Positions 50,299 to 64,000 of a stretch of DNA of 64,000 bases are shown in pieces. Under the pieces are notes generated by a model, which searched no databases, was not told where the DNA came from, and saw nothing but the letters and a program-made list of their open reading frames with translations. Source of the stretch: Fimbriosthenelais zetlandica (Eukaryota); the NCBI GenBank assembly GCA_977030845.1, contig OZ365110.1:31186001-31250000 (forward strand). The letters are read 5' to 3'. Numbering within the stretch: position 1 is the first letter of the stretch; every line of letters starts with the position of its first letter. Made by a program: the position numbers and the translations under genes.

Positions 50299-53200
50299 AA
50301 ATGTTTCCGGAGCAGTCTAATGGGTGGAGAGTAGAGAGCAGGTAGGATTGTTTAGATGATTCCTGGCAGACAGCCGCAGACAGTGGCAGACAGGTGGTTA
50401 ATTGACTTTCATCGTTAGTTTTATTGTCGGTAGGTAGGACCGCCTCCGCACACACTCTACTATTGTGTATATGCGCCAGATTTTATTTTAATTCGTATTA
50501 AAATCAATTAATCTACTAGGTGCTTTTAAAGCGTTGAAGCACGTTAACTTTCCAAAGTGAAAGTCCTGTCCAAAGTTGTTCCATAAAATAAATATGCTTA
50601 CTGGTAATTAGCAGAATGTATTCATCTCTATCATGCGTTTATAAATTTTAAATCATAAATGTCTATAAGCATCTGCCATGCTGTAAGACTTATTTTTAAT
50701 AATCCATACTAATCCAAACATTTTCCGTTGCCATCCCTTCTTTTGGTTTGCGCATCTTCTGTTTATTTTCTTCTATTTTCTACCCATGCAGGGTAATCAC
50801 TCCGAAATATATGACACTGATCTCTGCGTATACTCCGCCTATTCTTCTAATCCCCATGTTTGTATATAAACATATTCATCCTGTGTCCTCCCTGATTAGT
50901 GGGAATCAGACAGGTAGAGTCTGAATGCCCCGCTCTCTCCCCCAATACCTCTCCGAGCCTGCCACGTTTTACCCCCCGTGGACTAGGAGATGAACCCTCG
51001 GCAGGGTACCTCCCTTCCGCTTCACCCCCCATATACTCTCCCCAATATTTCCCATTGTTGGAGGTGCGAGAAGCAAGGATGTAGCTTGAACTTTATCGTC
51101 TTGTTTGACTAAACTGTCAGTTTTTTGTTTGGGTAGAATCCCGCGTCAAACTCAATGATTAGCGCCAGGTTGTAACGTCTCATCTATTGTCATTATTGGA
51201 TGCATTGGTTGCCATTATAATATATTTTCTGCGTTGAGGGGATGAGTAGGCTATGTCGTGTCAGGTCAAGGTGTTGTCCCTAAATTGGAAATTAACGTAC
51301 AAGACATACTTATAATCATTGTTAATCATTTTATCGAAGCTAATAACAACCTAAAAATAAAATAATGTTAACCGTTCCCACTATAGTTGAGAGAACTTTC
51401 ATGTAATTCATACAACAAAGATTATTATAGGCCATACCTGAACAAATTATTTCGAAAATCAGTACAAAAATTAACAAATTCTATATTTAATTTTATTATT
51501 TACCACGCGCACGCTCTAAGGGCATAATTAACATACTATTTTTGAATTATAAGGATTGTCTGCATGACACTCACAGACAGATATGGATATACCATTTAAA
51601 TAACAATGAATGGAAATAAAGTTATTATTCCCCAATTGGATATTCATAATACTTGCAACAGCCCATCCCATACCTGCAATACATAATAAGTATCCTCTCA
51701 TAATAAGAGAGGTCAGGGAAGAGAGGGAGAAGGGGTAGAGAGTAGCTATATAAAACACTTATGTACCAGCTCTCTATTGACGACAGATGGGACCCACCAT
51801 GAGCCTGCATGTGTGTGATGCAGAGAGCCTGGGGGCTTTCTATTCACAACATGTTTTCATCTCGTTTTACCCCCAACTTCCTGCCTTTGTACTGACAGCC
51901 TCTGACTATGTGGCTTTGATTGGGTAATAAGAGAAGTGATACACATGTAGTGGATATAAAAAGTATAAATTATAAACGGACACACACGGACTATGCCCCA
52001 ACGCACAGCGCAACACCATCCCACGCGAATTTTTAGACCTTCATATAGGCACATCCCAATTAAAAGCCGTCTCCCATCCACCCTCCGATACTCCACTCTT
52101 CTCCAAAGCATATTTTATTTTGTATACGATGAATATAATCCTTACGGAAAGATCATGTAGTAAATTAAGATCTAGCAGACAACACATATAAAAATTATAT
52201 GATCAATGTATCAATTCATCCGAACTGTATTTCTAAAGCATCCAATTAGGCTATTCAAATTGAATTATCCTCATATAGGCCTATCTTCCTTAATATGAAC
52301 TTACTATCTGTATTCTAGTATTTCCTAAACTCACTCTTTATCTGACTATTTCTGCCTCTCTTTCCTCATTATTCAAGTAGTATACGGAGGGGCTCGTTGA
52401 AAATCCATGCATCTCCAGCACTTCTCTTCCCTGGGAGGCTACCCGCGACAGAGCTGCCACCTGGTATAGCTTCGGGCAACCAAAGCGGCCAATTCAATTA
52501 GCTTCTAATTGGAGCATATTTTGATATTGGTCATAATTTCTTATTAAAAACCGAGGCCTTGCCTACCGCACGGGGGCCTATATCAGCGTATGGCCCTAAT
52601 CAATATTAATAACTACTCTAACGCGAAACACATGGCGCGTCCGCCAGTTTTTAACCAGTTTTCGCCAGGCCCGCCTGGCGTTTTGTTTCCACGATCAAAT
52701 TTAATCTGGCTGATGTATAGGTGGGGGTGTGAATGCTTAATCAGGCGCTGAAAATCATGATTTAATCAGTGGCTGTTCTGCTATGTGTGATGATCCAACT
52801 CTAACGACGATATACTGGCTGCTTGGCCAGGGACCAGCAAGTAATCCATTGAAATTAGCGGGTGTTCACCAAGCACGGCCCCAGCACGTGTATGAGCGGT
52901 GGTCCCCAATTAAAACCCAGACTAATCGATATGTGGCAGATATTTATGATACTAATCCCATGAGGAATAAAATGAGGTTAATTATCAGTGTGTCGAAAGA
53001 TTTTTCGCAAAAATAATTACTCATTCGAAGGATAAAATCCACCAATTTCATCGCATTCACATTTAAGAAACTTTATTTGAGGCTCTTTAAGAACCACATG
53101 ATCTTAAATGTATTAAAAGCATTTTCTATTTGTATCTGAAGATACATTCAGAAAACATTGTATTTTTTTTTCTAAAATGAATACCGCAGTTTTACACTCA

Positions 53201-53989
53201 AACAACCACTGGCATTTTGACAGCCCAATTAGCATGCCAAACCTTATTTTCCCTCTGGTTTATCTGAGGGACGAGATTAAAATGTTCCAGGAGTAAAACC
53301 CTGTCTTAGTTCTCCCCTCCCTGCAAAACTTCTCTCTTTTTGTTCCATTCACCTCATCTCTCTCGCTGGTGTGTAGAACAAAGGCTCATTGGACTGGTTT
53401 TTTATCGCTTGGTGACAATTTGTAAGGCACTTCTAGAAAGGAGTGTCAGCCATTTCCCAGTGAGAGCAAAGGACGCATGCTGTGAGCTCCAAACCGTTTT
53501 TATTGTCCTCTGTTATCTACACTGAACATCCCCATTCTTTGATTGACATCTGTCACTCACCACAGTACTGCTAATCACACTAAAACACCCCTCCTCTCTC
53601 TCAAACTTATTAAAACTTTCCCAAAATGTTGTGTTTTCTCCCCCGTCCCCACGCGCCAGAGCAGGACTTTAGTGATTGCGACACCTCCACAAAAGCGGAA
53701 GCACTTCCCAAGAAGTTGGCGCTATGGATTCTGGGTATTTTTAAAAGGCGTCCTCTCACGGCTGATGAGGAAAACAAAGCAGGAGGGGTTATTAATGATA
53801 TCCATTACGATAATTAGTTCTGGTCTTAATTGGTTCTTTGGTAGGCAGTTAATTAGGTGTGAGGGTTAGGTTAATGGGAGTGGAGGAGAGGTCCCATTAC
53901 AGACATGCCTCGGTTGGGGACTCCCTCGTGAATCTCTATGTCGTCTTGATGAAGATTTGATTCCTTCTCTCTTCTCCTTCTCCTCCCCG

Positions 53990-54013
53990 GGAAGGAAGGA
54001 TGGATGGATGGAT
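53990..54013. repeat. (GGAA)n(GGAT)n tetranucleotide repeat
   Basis: ggaaggaaggatggatggatggat. Confidence 0.75.
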
Positions 54014-54429
54014 GATGTTTCTGTATAGAAGGGTCAGGGTGATCTGAGTTTACCAGCACATCCAGCTCTGTATGCTGGGACTGCTTCAGTAATGACATCA
54101 TACTTCGGTTATTAATATAATATTGTATGTACCAAATAATTAAAAACTACAATTAAAGAATTTACATAATATCCCTTATTATGCAACAAATAATTGGCGT
54201 GAATCAAATACATACCACCTAATTAGTATATCATTAATTTTTGTTAATAATTAATTAGAAGTAATTTTAGTTTATACAGATATAACTAAAATACACCAGC
54301 CGAGATAAGAGGCCTACGTTCGATCCCAAGAGAGAGAAAAGAAGAAGAAAATGTTAAAAACACATCAAATCCAGATATGCCATACAGAGATATGGAGAAT
54401 ATACACAATTCCACCAAGAATCCCACAAT

Positions 54430-55260
54430 GAATTTTAGTGGAACAGTTCGCCTGTGACGTCGGTCGCTCCTCCTGGTGCGGCCTCGGACGGTCCCGGCGG
54501 GAGACCCGAGGGACGAGGGCTACCGGAGATCCCGAGCGCTAAATCCCAGGGGCGCTGGCGTCCAGTAATTAGGTCCCGGCTCATCAGAACTGGAGAGAAC
54601 GTTCTCATTGTCTTCCCCACTTAATTCCTTTTTATTATCACCCGGGCCAATGATATAAACGCTGTTGAAATCTCTGTCGCGGCGATATCTGATATCTCTA
54701 TGTAAGAAACAACAGGCGAGGTGTCCCTGTCGTCTGCATTCCCCGCGGGATTTCCCCAGTTCTGCCCAGGAATGGCGGGAAATCTACAGCTGTCAATTCT
54801 CACGTCGCGCGCGCTCATAACGCAATTGATGCTCTGATTAGAGTTGTGAATTAATCTTTTAAGAGGGAAACTTCTTCTCCAGAGAGTCCTTTTGGGCCCT
54901 TCTTGCGGCTCATGAAAGGGAAACATTGTTTCTTTCCAGTTAGTCAACCATGAAGTGGAGAGAATCCCTCTGTCTGCTCGGAGGAGGACACTTTTCTTGG
55001 CAGATGTTTAAAAACTTTTCCTCTCTGCGGGATTCGATTGCTTCGTGTCCCTCGCGTGTTTCCAAAGTGACGTAACATCTCTCAGACACCCTATCATTTC
55101 AAGCGGCGACGTTTGATTGGTGTGATATTTCCAGTTGCCTCCCGTTTCAGAAGGGAATTTAATCGAGGTGAGAGATAGTTGCTTTTCAGCGTGACTCTAT
55201 AACAATAAGTGAATCTATTGTAAGAAAGAAATTAGAAAGAATCGCTTCAAACGGCAGCAC
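54430..55260. promoter_or_regulatory. CpG-rich upstream regulatory block
   Basis: Very GC-rich at 54430-54600. Contains GGGATTTCCC (NF-kB-like), TGGCGGGAAA (E2F-like) and TGACGT half sites. Confidence 0.4.
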
Positions 55261-57118
55261 AAAGAATACAGGTCCAAGTTTCTATTTCCCTCATTGCGTC
55301 ATTTGTGTTGTGGACCCAGTAGGGGGTGGGGTTTGCCGGAGCTAATAATAGTGGTCATCGTTTGGTCATCTTTTGGTCAGACAGACTAGTTATCCCACCT
55401 GGGTGGATGGCGGCAGGTGGGGTCAATAACAATAAAAGATGGAGATTTATCTTTTCTCTCCGCGGTTACTCGGGGTCAGTCATTCATCTCTAGAAGTGAG
55501 ATGGGCGTGTGTAAGGGATTAGTAAAAGAGAAATTGACGATTGATTACAATTGACTTGACCACAACCAATTTCCATCACAAACACATGATAATGAACATG
55601 CTGTTATTGATTAATGATTGAATGAAAGCAAAAATGTCACATTTCTAATCACAATACTGAGTGACATGTTTATTATATTTGTTCATTGGTGTCATAGTAT
55701 GAACCTTATTATTGTCCGCGTCCAAAATATTAACTTGGAACATAGGTACTCTACATCATGATTGTTTAGTCCAATTATATATGAGAAATATGTATTGATT
55801 GGCAATACATGTATCTTATATATATGGACCGATCTAAAGAAAAGAATTCCAACTCACGCAAAGTCAGAGAATAATATAATAAAATGCATTCCATCCATTT
55901 CTATAAACAATACACATTCATATAAAACACCGCCAATTTAGATCCAACTCAACTGAATCCTGAGCCTTTGACAAATTGAGATTCAGAAAAAGAGAACAAA
56001 TTATCCCGAGTTTCCCTTTTGAGCGTGACTATAGTTCAGCATGAGAATTTATGTGCGCCAGCTTTCCCGTCCACCACACACCAATAAGACTGGGGCGACA
56101 TGGGGGCACCCACCACTGGTTCCGCGACAGGTCAGCGTCCGCCCAGCTTCCGTGAGGGATAAAACATTTTTGTCTGGGACTATAGATAAGGCGTGCCCCT
56201 AGCTGTGTGACACCTGGGGTCCCCTGCTTCAACCCCTTCTCCATCCTCTCCCTGCTTCCTCCTGGGTCCGCCCGGATAATGACCGCGTCCGTAGACACTG
56301 GTATCCAACTGGATCAACTCACTCTCACACACAACACAAATATCCTCCACATCCAAAGATCCAATGATCCAAGTGCCCTTTTTCCTTTTTTCCTCCTGGG
56401 GGGATCCAAACGCCTATACATGACGGATGGTGGGCTCCGGATTTACCAAGACTTCAATGTTCAATGTTTCTCAATGGAAATTCAATGCATCGAGTGGTCT
56501 GGATTTTCCGGGCGCGGCACTGAGTGTTTCACTATAGAAATTCAATGCTGGGGCGGGGAGAAGTAAGGCTTTGTATGGTCGGGTATAGATGCTGATAGCC
56601 ACCGGGATTGGAGTCCATTTAGCACGGGTTTCACCACTGCTTACAAAGCCACACTTTAGAAGGGAAGTTCCGGCAACAGAGAGGGACTTTTGTGGTGGCG
56701 CGTCCGCCGTGTTTCCTGTGTGGAGAGCTGGGAGACCCCTCCACATCCCACACGGCCCCGGTACTTTGGGAGGTTATTGTTGTCCTGTATGAAAGAAGAA
56801 AACAGTGAGATGTGTAGGAAGTAAGGAAATGCAAGAATATTGAAGTAGCTTCAACTGTTGTGAAGGAGATTTGGTTGAGGAGATACTTGATAATCCGCGT
56901 CGCGTCCATTCATTAAAGTCGCGACCACTCAAATCTCAATTTGCCTTCCCACAATTTCAATATTTAACTTCTTTAAAATTTCTTTAAGCTATTGGCTATA
57001 TTATATATAGCTTTATCAACAGGTTTTTATTTTAATGCGAATAGCCTACACTTCCAGGCTGTCTTTGAACTTCCCATTGGATCTCCAGAAGACGCGTCAT
57101 TTTTTCCCACTATCTACA

Positions 57119-57174
57119 CTCTCTCCTTCTGCTCTCTCTTTCTCTCTCTTTCTCTCTCTCTCCTTCTCTCTCTC
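57119..57174. repeat. Imperfect (CT)n microsatellite
   Basis: ctctccttctgctctctctttctctctctttctctctctctccttctctctctc. Confidence 0.85.
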
Positions 57175-59989
57175 ATTTCCTGTCCTATCTCTCATTCTAT
57201 TCTACGGTGTTCTGTCCTATGTCTGTCCTAAGTCGTTTCTCCCCCAAATCCTACAAAACATTGTGTGTCGCGACACTATAAAACAGGGGAACTCAATGAT
57301 ATGACGCGAATATAAAATTTAGGTCGATTTCAGAAATATATGAGCCATAACTAAAACCCACCCAGCGCGACCCAAGAAAGAGAGGTAGGAGAAGGATTGA
57401 GAGGCGGACCGGGGTGGTAGGAGCTAATGAGGCGGGGACGCGAGTTGCTCCTTCCCTCATTCTCTCCACAAATAGCACCTAAATGTGTTCACCCAGCCAA
57501 GGTATACACGCGCCTGATTAATCATTCCCCAATACCCACAAGGAAGGAGGGTCTGTAAGGAAATTAACATCATGAAAATCGGCACACGTGTCAAGACGAA
57601 ATGAAACATTTCCTCCTCAAATATGATTAATCGCAGGCTTGGTCCCCCGGCCAAGTTTTTCCCCCAACCTGTCCGCGTCCAACTCTTCCCTGCGACTGCC
57701 ATTATTTTCTTTGGGAGACAGTCCCCGCGCACAGCTCCAAAAACAAAGGACCTGAAATTGATTCTGGCAGGCATGTAAGTTTCATTTGCCTATACTATTA
57801 TAAGATTTCCCCAAAGAGCCTACTCATGTTATCATCTCTATGACTGTATTAAATAGGGCGGTCCTCTTGAGTGCAATTAGTTTAGAGAAGTTTGTTTGGG
57901 TCCGTTTGGCCGAGCACCGAGCTTCATCGCTCATTGAGATGGGCGATATTATAGGAGAGATGTAAATTCCATGTCGGCGTTAAATGGGCGGGAAGGAAAG
58001 GAGATAAGTAAAATGGTTTCATGCTTGCCTGAGCGCCTCCAGAGCGGGTCTAGCTACTGTGGGGGTCGCCCTGGGGAGTGGAGAGTTCATCTGCAGCAAG
58101 ATGGCGCAGTTTCAGCGCATCTTGTGCGCTCACATCCAATCTCTGCGTATTGTATAATTATGCTGCATTCCCATGGCGGTATACACAAAAAGCGTGATTA
58201 TTATTCCACGTTGACGTGGGTTAATAGTCTAAATTTATAAGAGATATATTATAACATTTATCATTCTTATGATATATTCTATAGATGTCCACTTTAACCC
58301 AAAGTGTTGATAAATACTGATAATACGTGTATGTACATGCAGGGCCTATCTTACAATTGCATGGTTGTCTTCATTTTTGCGATAACGAAGTTTCTTATCA
58401 TTTTATATCTCATAATGACTATAATATAAATATGTTCCATTTGCATGGGCTTTTAAGTTGGGTTGATATATACCTTTATAGCTTATTTACTTTGATTCCA
58501 GAATCATGTGACGTTTTTGCATTAAAATGTGTGGAGCATTGTTAATTATTTTTTACATTTTAGTTGATATTATAATGAATGGGACGCGAGTCACTAAATC
58601 ACTCCGTTAAAGGCCGACCACCCATTAATCTGTCTGACATATTAATCAATTGTAACTTAAATCACTCGGCACAGATCAAGGTTTACCTCCCCTGGCCAAT
58701 CACTCCAATCATATCGTCCATGTTCATATTTGATGTATTGGTGTTTGATTATTGGCCTGAGGGAGCCTTTGGTGCAGTAGCAGGAATACAAAATAACCAG
58801 CCTCCAGTCGTACGAGTTTTACTTCCGTACGCCTCCCCACTCCACCAATCTCTCTCTCTGAAAATATCTTGGGAGTTGGCCAGGCTTTAACAAACTGCAC
58901 AGCAATTAGAATATGTCATACTCTTCTCTCTCACTTCCAAGCTTAGAAAGTTTAAAAGACAAATGTTCATTGTTGCCTTGGGATGAGTCATACTTGGAGA
59001 GAGAGGAATAAGGAATATGTTAAAATGAAAGATCAAATATTAATGTAGGGGCCTATAGCAGCCTGCGCGCACTAATTGAAAACTGAAGCTAGTAATTTCA
59101 CTATTGTCATGCAGGCTATCTATCCACTTACTTCATGATTTGATTTTTAATTTCAATGAAAGTACCTATCATATTATTTAAGAAGAAACCATAATTTATA
59201 ACTTTCAATATATATGATTGGACCAAAACAGTTGTAGGCTTTGGGAAACTGTTATATACCTTACCAAACTGAAGACAGGCTAATAGAATTTCACTTGACA
59301 TAACTATAACGATATTCTACAAATCTTTAGTTGAGATTCTCTGTAGAATAACATTGTCCTGTCCACATTGTATTGATACAGTCAGTCCCCATGGTAATTT
59401 ACCATAGCAACATGCCGCACAAATTAACGTCTACTTTCCGCCTGTTTTCAGGGGACCACACAGAGCCCGCGCATTAGCCAACTTTGGTAAGTAGTTTTAT
59501 GACACTCCCTGTTCTGTGCATTTATCAATCACTCGCCCAAATCGCATCATCTCCGAGTTGATGGACAACACTGTTTGGCTCAGGCCGTGTGATTACTGTC
59601 CATAATAGATAGGCATGTAGGCTGCTTGCTCTCTAATGATGAGGCCGATCTGAACACCATGTTTGGGGCTTGCCTTCCCCTTTCCCCAGCGGTCCATCTC
59701 TCACGCGCTCATAAAACCAGCTTCGTTGCCCTTCCCCAAAATGCTCCCTATCTGAGAAAGATTACTGCCACCAAGCACTTCTGACCCCAGAATATTGATA
59801 AATTCAGAGCTGATAAAAAGGCCAATGTTAGCGTGAATATGGAGAATTGCTATAGGGAAGTTTGAGTGGATCGCGTAAAGGAGGTGCGATTTAGTTAAGG
59901 AGGAGAGACCACTGGGTTGCTTCGGTGACCTCTAAATTGATCAATCGAACCTGCATATTAGAGATAATGGCAGGGGTAAACTTGTTTTT

Positions 59990-60820
59990 GGAGCTCATTC
60001 TGTATACACCGCGGCCTCTCGGACGCAGCCCACGTCCCATGACCCGCGCGTTTCATAGTACAACTCTCGCGAGATTTCACGAATTCGCGAGAGCAAGAGG
60101 GCGGGACGGTTGGCAACCTTCGGTCGGCAGATCATAGAGTCGCAACAAGGTCCAACCTGCCACTGTCCATTGTCACTTAGCATTCAGATGTCACTCACAA
60201 AAGAGACGTGCAGAATTCGATCATTTTCGGCTTCGATTAGGTGATCTCTGACCAGCCCTGGTCACGCCTGCTGGGACCGGAAGTCAGCCGGACCGGAAAT
60301 ACGATCAGAACGAGGCAGAAGCAGACGATCAAAGACTCACTACTCGCCCTCCTTGCTAACACGACTCAGTAAACCTATTGGGACACGCAAAAACAAACCT
60401 TCTGCCCTCCTCATCCGAGTCCGTGACTTCGAAGTTTCAATTTTCGAATGATTGCATAGATTTGGATGTGAGATTTGATTCATTTTGCACGCCCGGCGAA
60501 GTCCGTTTGTTCGATCAGCAGTGAACATAATCCACCGAGGGAAAAGCCTTCGAGTAACTCAATAGCCGAGCAAACTGCGCCTTCGATTCACTCATTTTTG
60601 CCCGACTGATTGGACCGAAGCAATGCGCGTCCGCAATTCTCTATGATTTTATGGGCACAGTGTCTCCTCCGAGAATTGTCCAATTGGACTGTGTGATTTA
60701 AACTGCCCGGGTAAAGTTGGAGGAGCGTGATTTTCTGCGTGTAGACTTTCATGCGCGTCGCTAATACAATATCGCCTAACAAGGCGGCGTGGATGGGAGA
60801 CGCATGTTCCGCACTACAAC
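59990..60820. promoter_or_regulatory. CpG-island-like promoter element of an unidentified transcript
   Basis: TCTCGCGAGA palindrome (60065-60074) with a second TTCGCGAGA, GGGCGG, GTTGGCAAC, and paired ETS sites (60276-60300). Confidence 0.5.
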
Positions 60821-61495
60821 ATATTTCTATGGGTAAACATGGGATAATCTAATCCAGGCAGAGACATTGCAAATGAGATTTGGAGGGAAGAGATCCATGC
60901 AAATCGCGCCGCTTGTCAGATTACTGACAAGACATTTAGAGATTATCAGATGTTGGGCTTCAGGAGCGTGAAGTTTAAAGTCGTTAAGGCCTTGAATTGA
61001 CAAGAAGAGGCAAGAAATAATATGATCTCACGGAGAATGGGATATGTCACTATAACAAGGCTCCTTCATATTACATTCAAAAGGCAGATCACAAAGTATT
61101 ATAGATAAGATAAATTATGACAGTGATATTTTCTTTTGCCCTGACACCAATTATTGAGGCAAATCCCCCTGTGTCTCTAGCGGCCCCTCTTCTCCCTATT
61201 TCTGTATGACGAGTTAGAAGCATTTACATTTGTAATTGGTTTAAAGATAATAAAACAGTTTAAACAGCATTGTATATACCTACCATTTAAATGTCCCCTG
61301 TTCACATCACCAACCCTCCTTTGACTTAATGTTTAGTGTTGGAAATATAAATTCCATGATAGAACAGTATACACCTGTCCATCTTGGTCCTTGTCTCTTT
61401 CCTTTTCCTCCATGGAGTTAGAATAAGGAACATAACAATTGGATTAAATCAAAACTTTTCTGAGGCCAAGAAAAGCCAACTGATTCAGAGGAATC

Positions 61496-61516
61496 GAGAG
61501 AGAGAGTGTGTGTGTG
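61496..61516. repeat. Compound (GA)n(GT)n microsatellite
   Basis: gagagagagagtgtgtgtgtg. Confidence 0.8.
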
Positions 61517-62637
61517 TTGTGACTGCAACGTATAAGAGTATATTGAGGTGGGGAGAGTGTCTCCCCCTTTATATGGCAAGGACTAGTGTTGTTTTGGGAA
61601 AAGGCCGTGTGGCCATGTCTTCCTCTGTGGTTTCCATTGCCATTCCCCAGGACAGTCGTGTACTGGTGAAAATGGCAAATATGGAGCTGGGGGACTCTTT
61701 GATGTAGAGGCCTAGAGGGAGAAAGGGGCGATGGCTGGGGTGCTGTTTCTGCTAGTCCGAGTTGACCGCTTCCTAACCCCCTTGAGGGGTGGCTTAGTTT
61801 TACCATTGCACGCGACCCAGGGACTTGCATAGCTCTGAACATTCACCTTGACACTGATTTTAGGCTGTGATCTATGAATGGGAGGGCTCGATCTTACATG
61901 TGTTCAGGGAGGCTTAAATCCAGCCTCTGATAATGGGCAAGAGATTAAATCAAATCTGTCCAAAACGATCCCGGCAGTAGAGGGATCAAAAAGCACCCCA
62001 TGAGCATGAAGCCATCCCTCTCTCCCTCGCTCGGCCTGTTTGTCTCTTCTCTATCATTCTCTCTCCCAAAAAACAAGTAGAATCACCCACAAGTGAGTGG
62101 GCGATATATGGGCCCTTTCTTCATCAAATCCCCCATTCATTCAGTGAAGGAACGCCTCGGTTTTTAATCCACAGTGGAAGTAGATCAATAGAAAGTTCGC
62201 ATGATTGGGTTATGGCCTGATTAGTGTGATCCTGCCTTGTGCCATGGAACCTGTTCCAATCGAATATGTGAGTCAAATATCTATGTATAAGGTAATGGAA
62301 TTTCCATTTAATTTTATCGAACACTATTCCATAATTTTAGAAAAGGATTTTGAGAAGGAATCTGGGATAGGGGGAGGGGGTATGATGCCCGGGCATGCAG
62401 GCTGGGAGTTTGGTGTGGGTAAGGGGATGAAAATGTAGGTGGAGACTGCCTTCTGACTATTGATTTGTATTATCAAACTTCCCCTCATGGCATAATGAAG
62501 GCATTATAGTGTTGTTTGAGGCAGTTAATTCACGGTTACCTTTGGGACAACCTAAATACAGGCTTAATTAGGGTTGGCTTGGAGGGCCAGGGTTGAGTGG
62601 GCCCCCACAGACATCAAAAGCTCCCAATCAGCTTGCT

Positions 62638-62683
62638 CCCCCCCCCCCCTCTCTCTCTCTCCCTCCTCTCTCTCCTCACTCTC
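62638..62683. repeat. Poly-C followed by a CT-rich low-complexity tract
   Basis: A C12 run followed by (TC)n and TCC units. Confidence 0.75.
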
Positions 62684-64000
62684 CATCCTAAGTTTTTCAG
62701 TTATTCAGAGGAGGAATGCAACAATAAATTTTGAGTATAGCAAGCCAATTAATATAGGTGAATGACTGAGAGGCACAAATTAATAAAATCAAATAATGTA
62801 TTAATAACTTAAATTTACAGATGCATAGGCCTATACATACATGTATGTTATAACGTGCATGATATAACATACATGTTCCCCGGGGTTTGGTCGTGTGCAC
62901 ATTCAATACACATTTTACCTGGGGAGGAGCATAATTGACAGACAACCTACCCCACCAACAAAACACAGCTATACTCTCAGTAACTGTCAATATTTCACAG
63001 TTTCTTCATCACACCATGCACCCCTCACATTGTGTGTGTATTTTGTTGGAATGAGAAAGCAAATGCTTCTTTAATACTGAAGCCTGGCAAACTGCCATAA
63101 ATCACTTATGCCATACTAAAACATGGAGACAAACACACAAAGCATGAACTACAAACACCCAGATCAGTCCATCCACCCAGCCGCCTCCTCTAATACGATT
63201 GTCCTAGTCAATCGGATTAGGCCACCCAACCCCCACTCATATTTCCCTAGCCTACCACTGCCTTCAAAACTCGGATTATTGTACATATGGCACGGACCCT
63301 GCCTCCATTATTCCCTCTATTCATACCAAAACAAACAAGAGTAATCAAGTGGCAACAGTCTATGAATTTCTGAGAGATCTTTCTTTCCGTTCCAAACCGA
63401 TGACAGAAGTGCATTTACAAAGGACTTATTGCCTTTACGACCGAAAAGCAAAAGTAACTGCGTGCTTCATTGTCACTTTGGTGAGCACGTTAGCACCTAA
63501 TTTATGATGGATGCCCCGCGGAGAAGAACAAATCTCAAACTACAGTTACTGGTTGTTTAAAAGGCAACAATGAAAGTTAACAATGAACGGGGAGTGAAGT
63601 AGGCATGAAGCAACGTTCACACATAGCTTATTGTGGTTCATACCTTTGAAGTTCACCTGGCTCCGGATCTCTCACAGGGGGATGTCTCTTCTATGCCCAC
63701 GCTAAACCTACACGACCGATTGCACCTAGTCCCTCTAATGGGCCTCAGATCTAAGAACATAAATCTTTCATAATGATAAATATTTAAGCTTCTTCAGAGC
63801 TCGCTAATGAGGGTGTTTTTATTTAAAGTATAGAAATATGCTCTAGATATATCGAAGAAAAGCCTAATGATTTCTTTTGTGTTTTTCCTGGAGAAAGCGT
63901 TGTATAGTGGATCAAAGATCTCTGTTAAATATTATTTTGAATTAGTATAATATACAAGGGTATGCCTACAACATAAATTATTATGGATCTAATCTATCTA

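Noticed and set aside
54318-54327. GTTCGATCCC, resembling a tRNA T-loop/B-box
   Set aside because: There is no A-box, cloverleaf or SINE tail around it.

Overview
Animal (non-vertebrate bilaterian-like) genomic DNA, AT-rich overall, with no long ORFs. The one securely identifiable gene is a COE/EBF (Collier/Olf-1/EBF) transcription factor on the minus strand. Six coding exons splice in frame (47986-47853, 47035-46882, 46308-46245, 41773-41718, 35455-35382, 35089-35021; 551 nt, all GT-AG). They encode MFGIQDSIQPRGPVTSLKEEPL...[26 protein letters not shown]...[30 protein letters not shown]...[44 protein letters not shown](R), the N-terminal part of the COE DNA-binding domain including the zinc knuckle. 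Exon 7 was not found, so intron 6 appears to fill 1-35020 and continue off the left edge. 49-64 kb is upstream regulatory or intergenic DNA. I found no prokaryotic-type system (CRISPR, operon, integron), no tRNA/rRNA and no recognisable transposon ORF. The most interesting signals are regulatory or splicing-level inferences: two perfect COE palindromes 22 bp apart inside the coe gene (possible autoregulation); a candidate 21-nt in-frame microexon; a hairpin-enclosed stop-containing cassette exon; a duplicated E-box+TAATCC composite; a 774-nt ATG-free leader containing tandem acceptor-like motifs; two CpG-rich promoter-like elements 60 kb apart that share three motifs; and a quasi-periodic GC/AT oscillation. 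All motif counts were made by eye.
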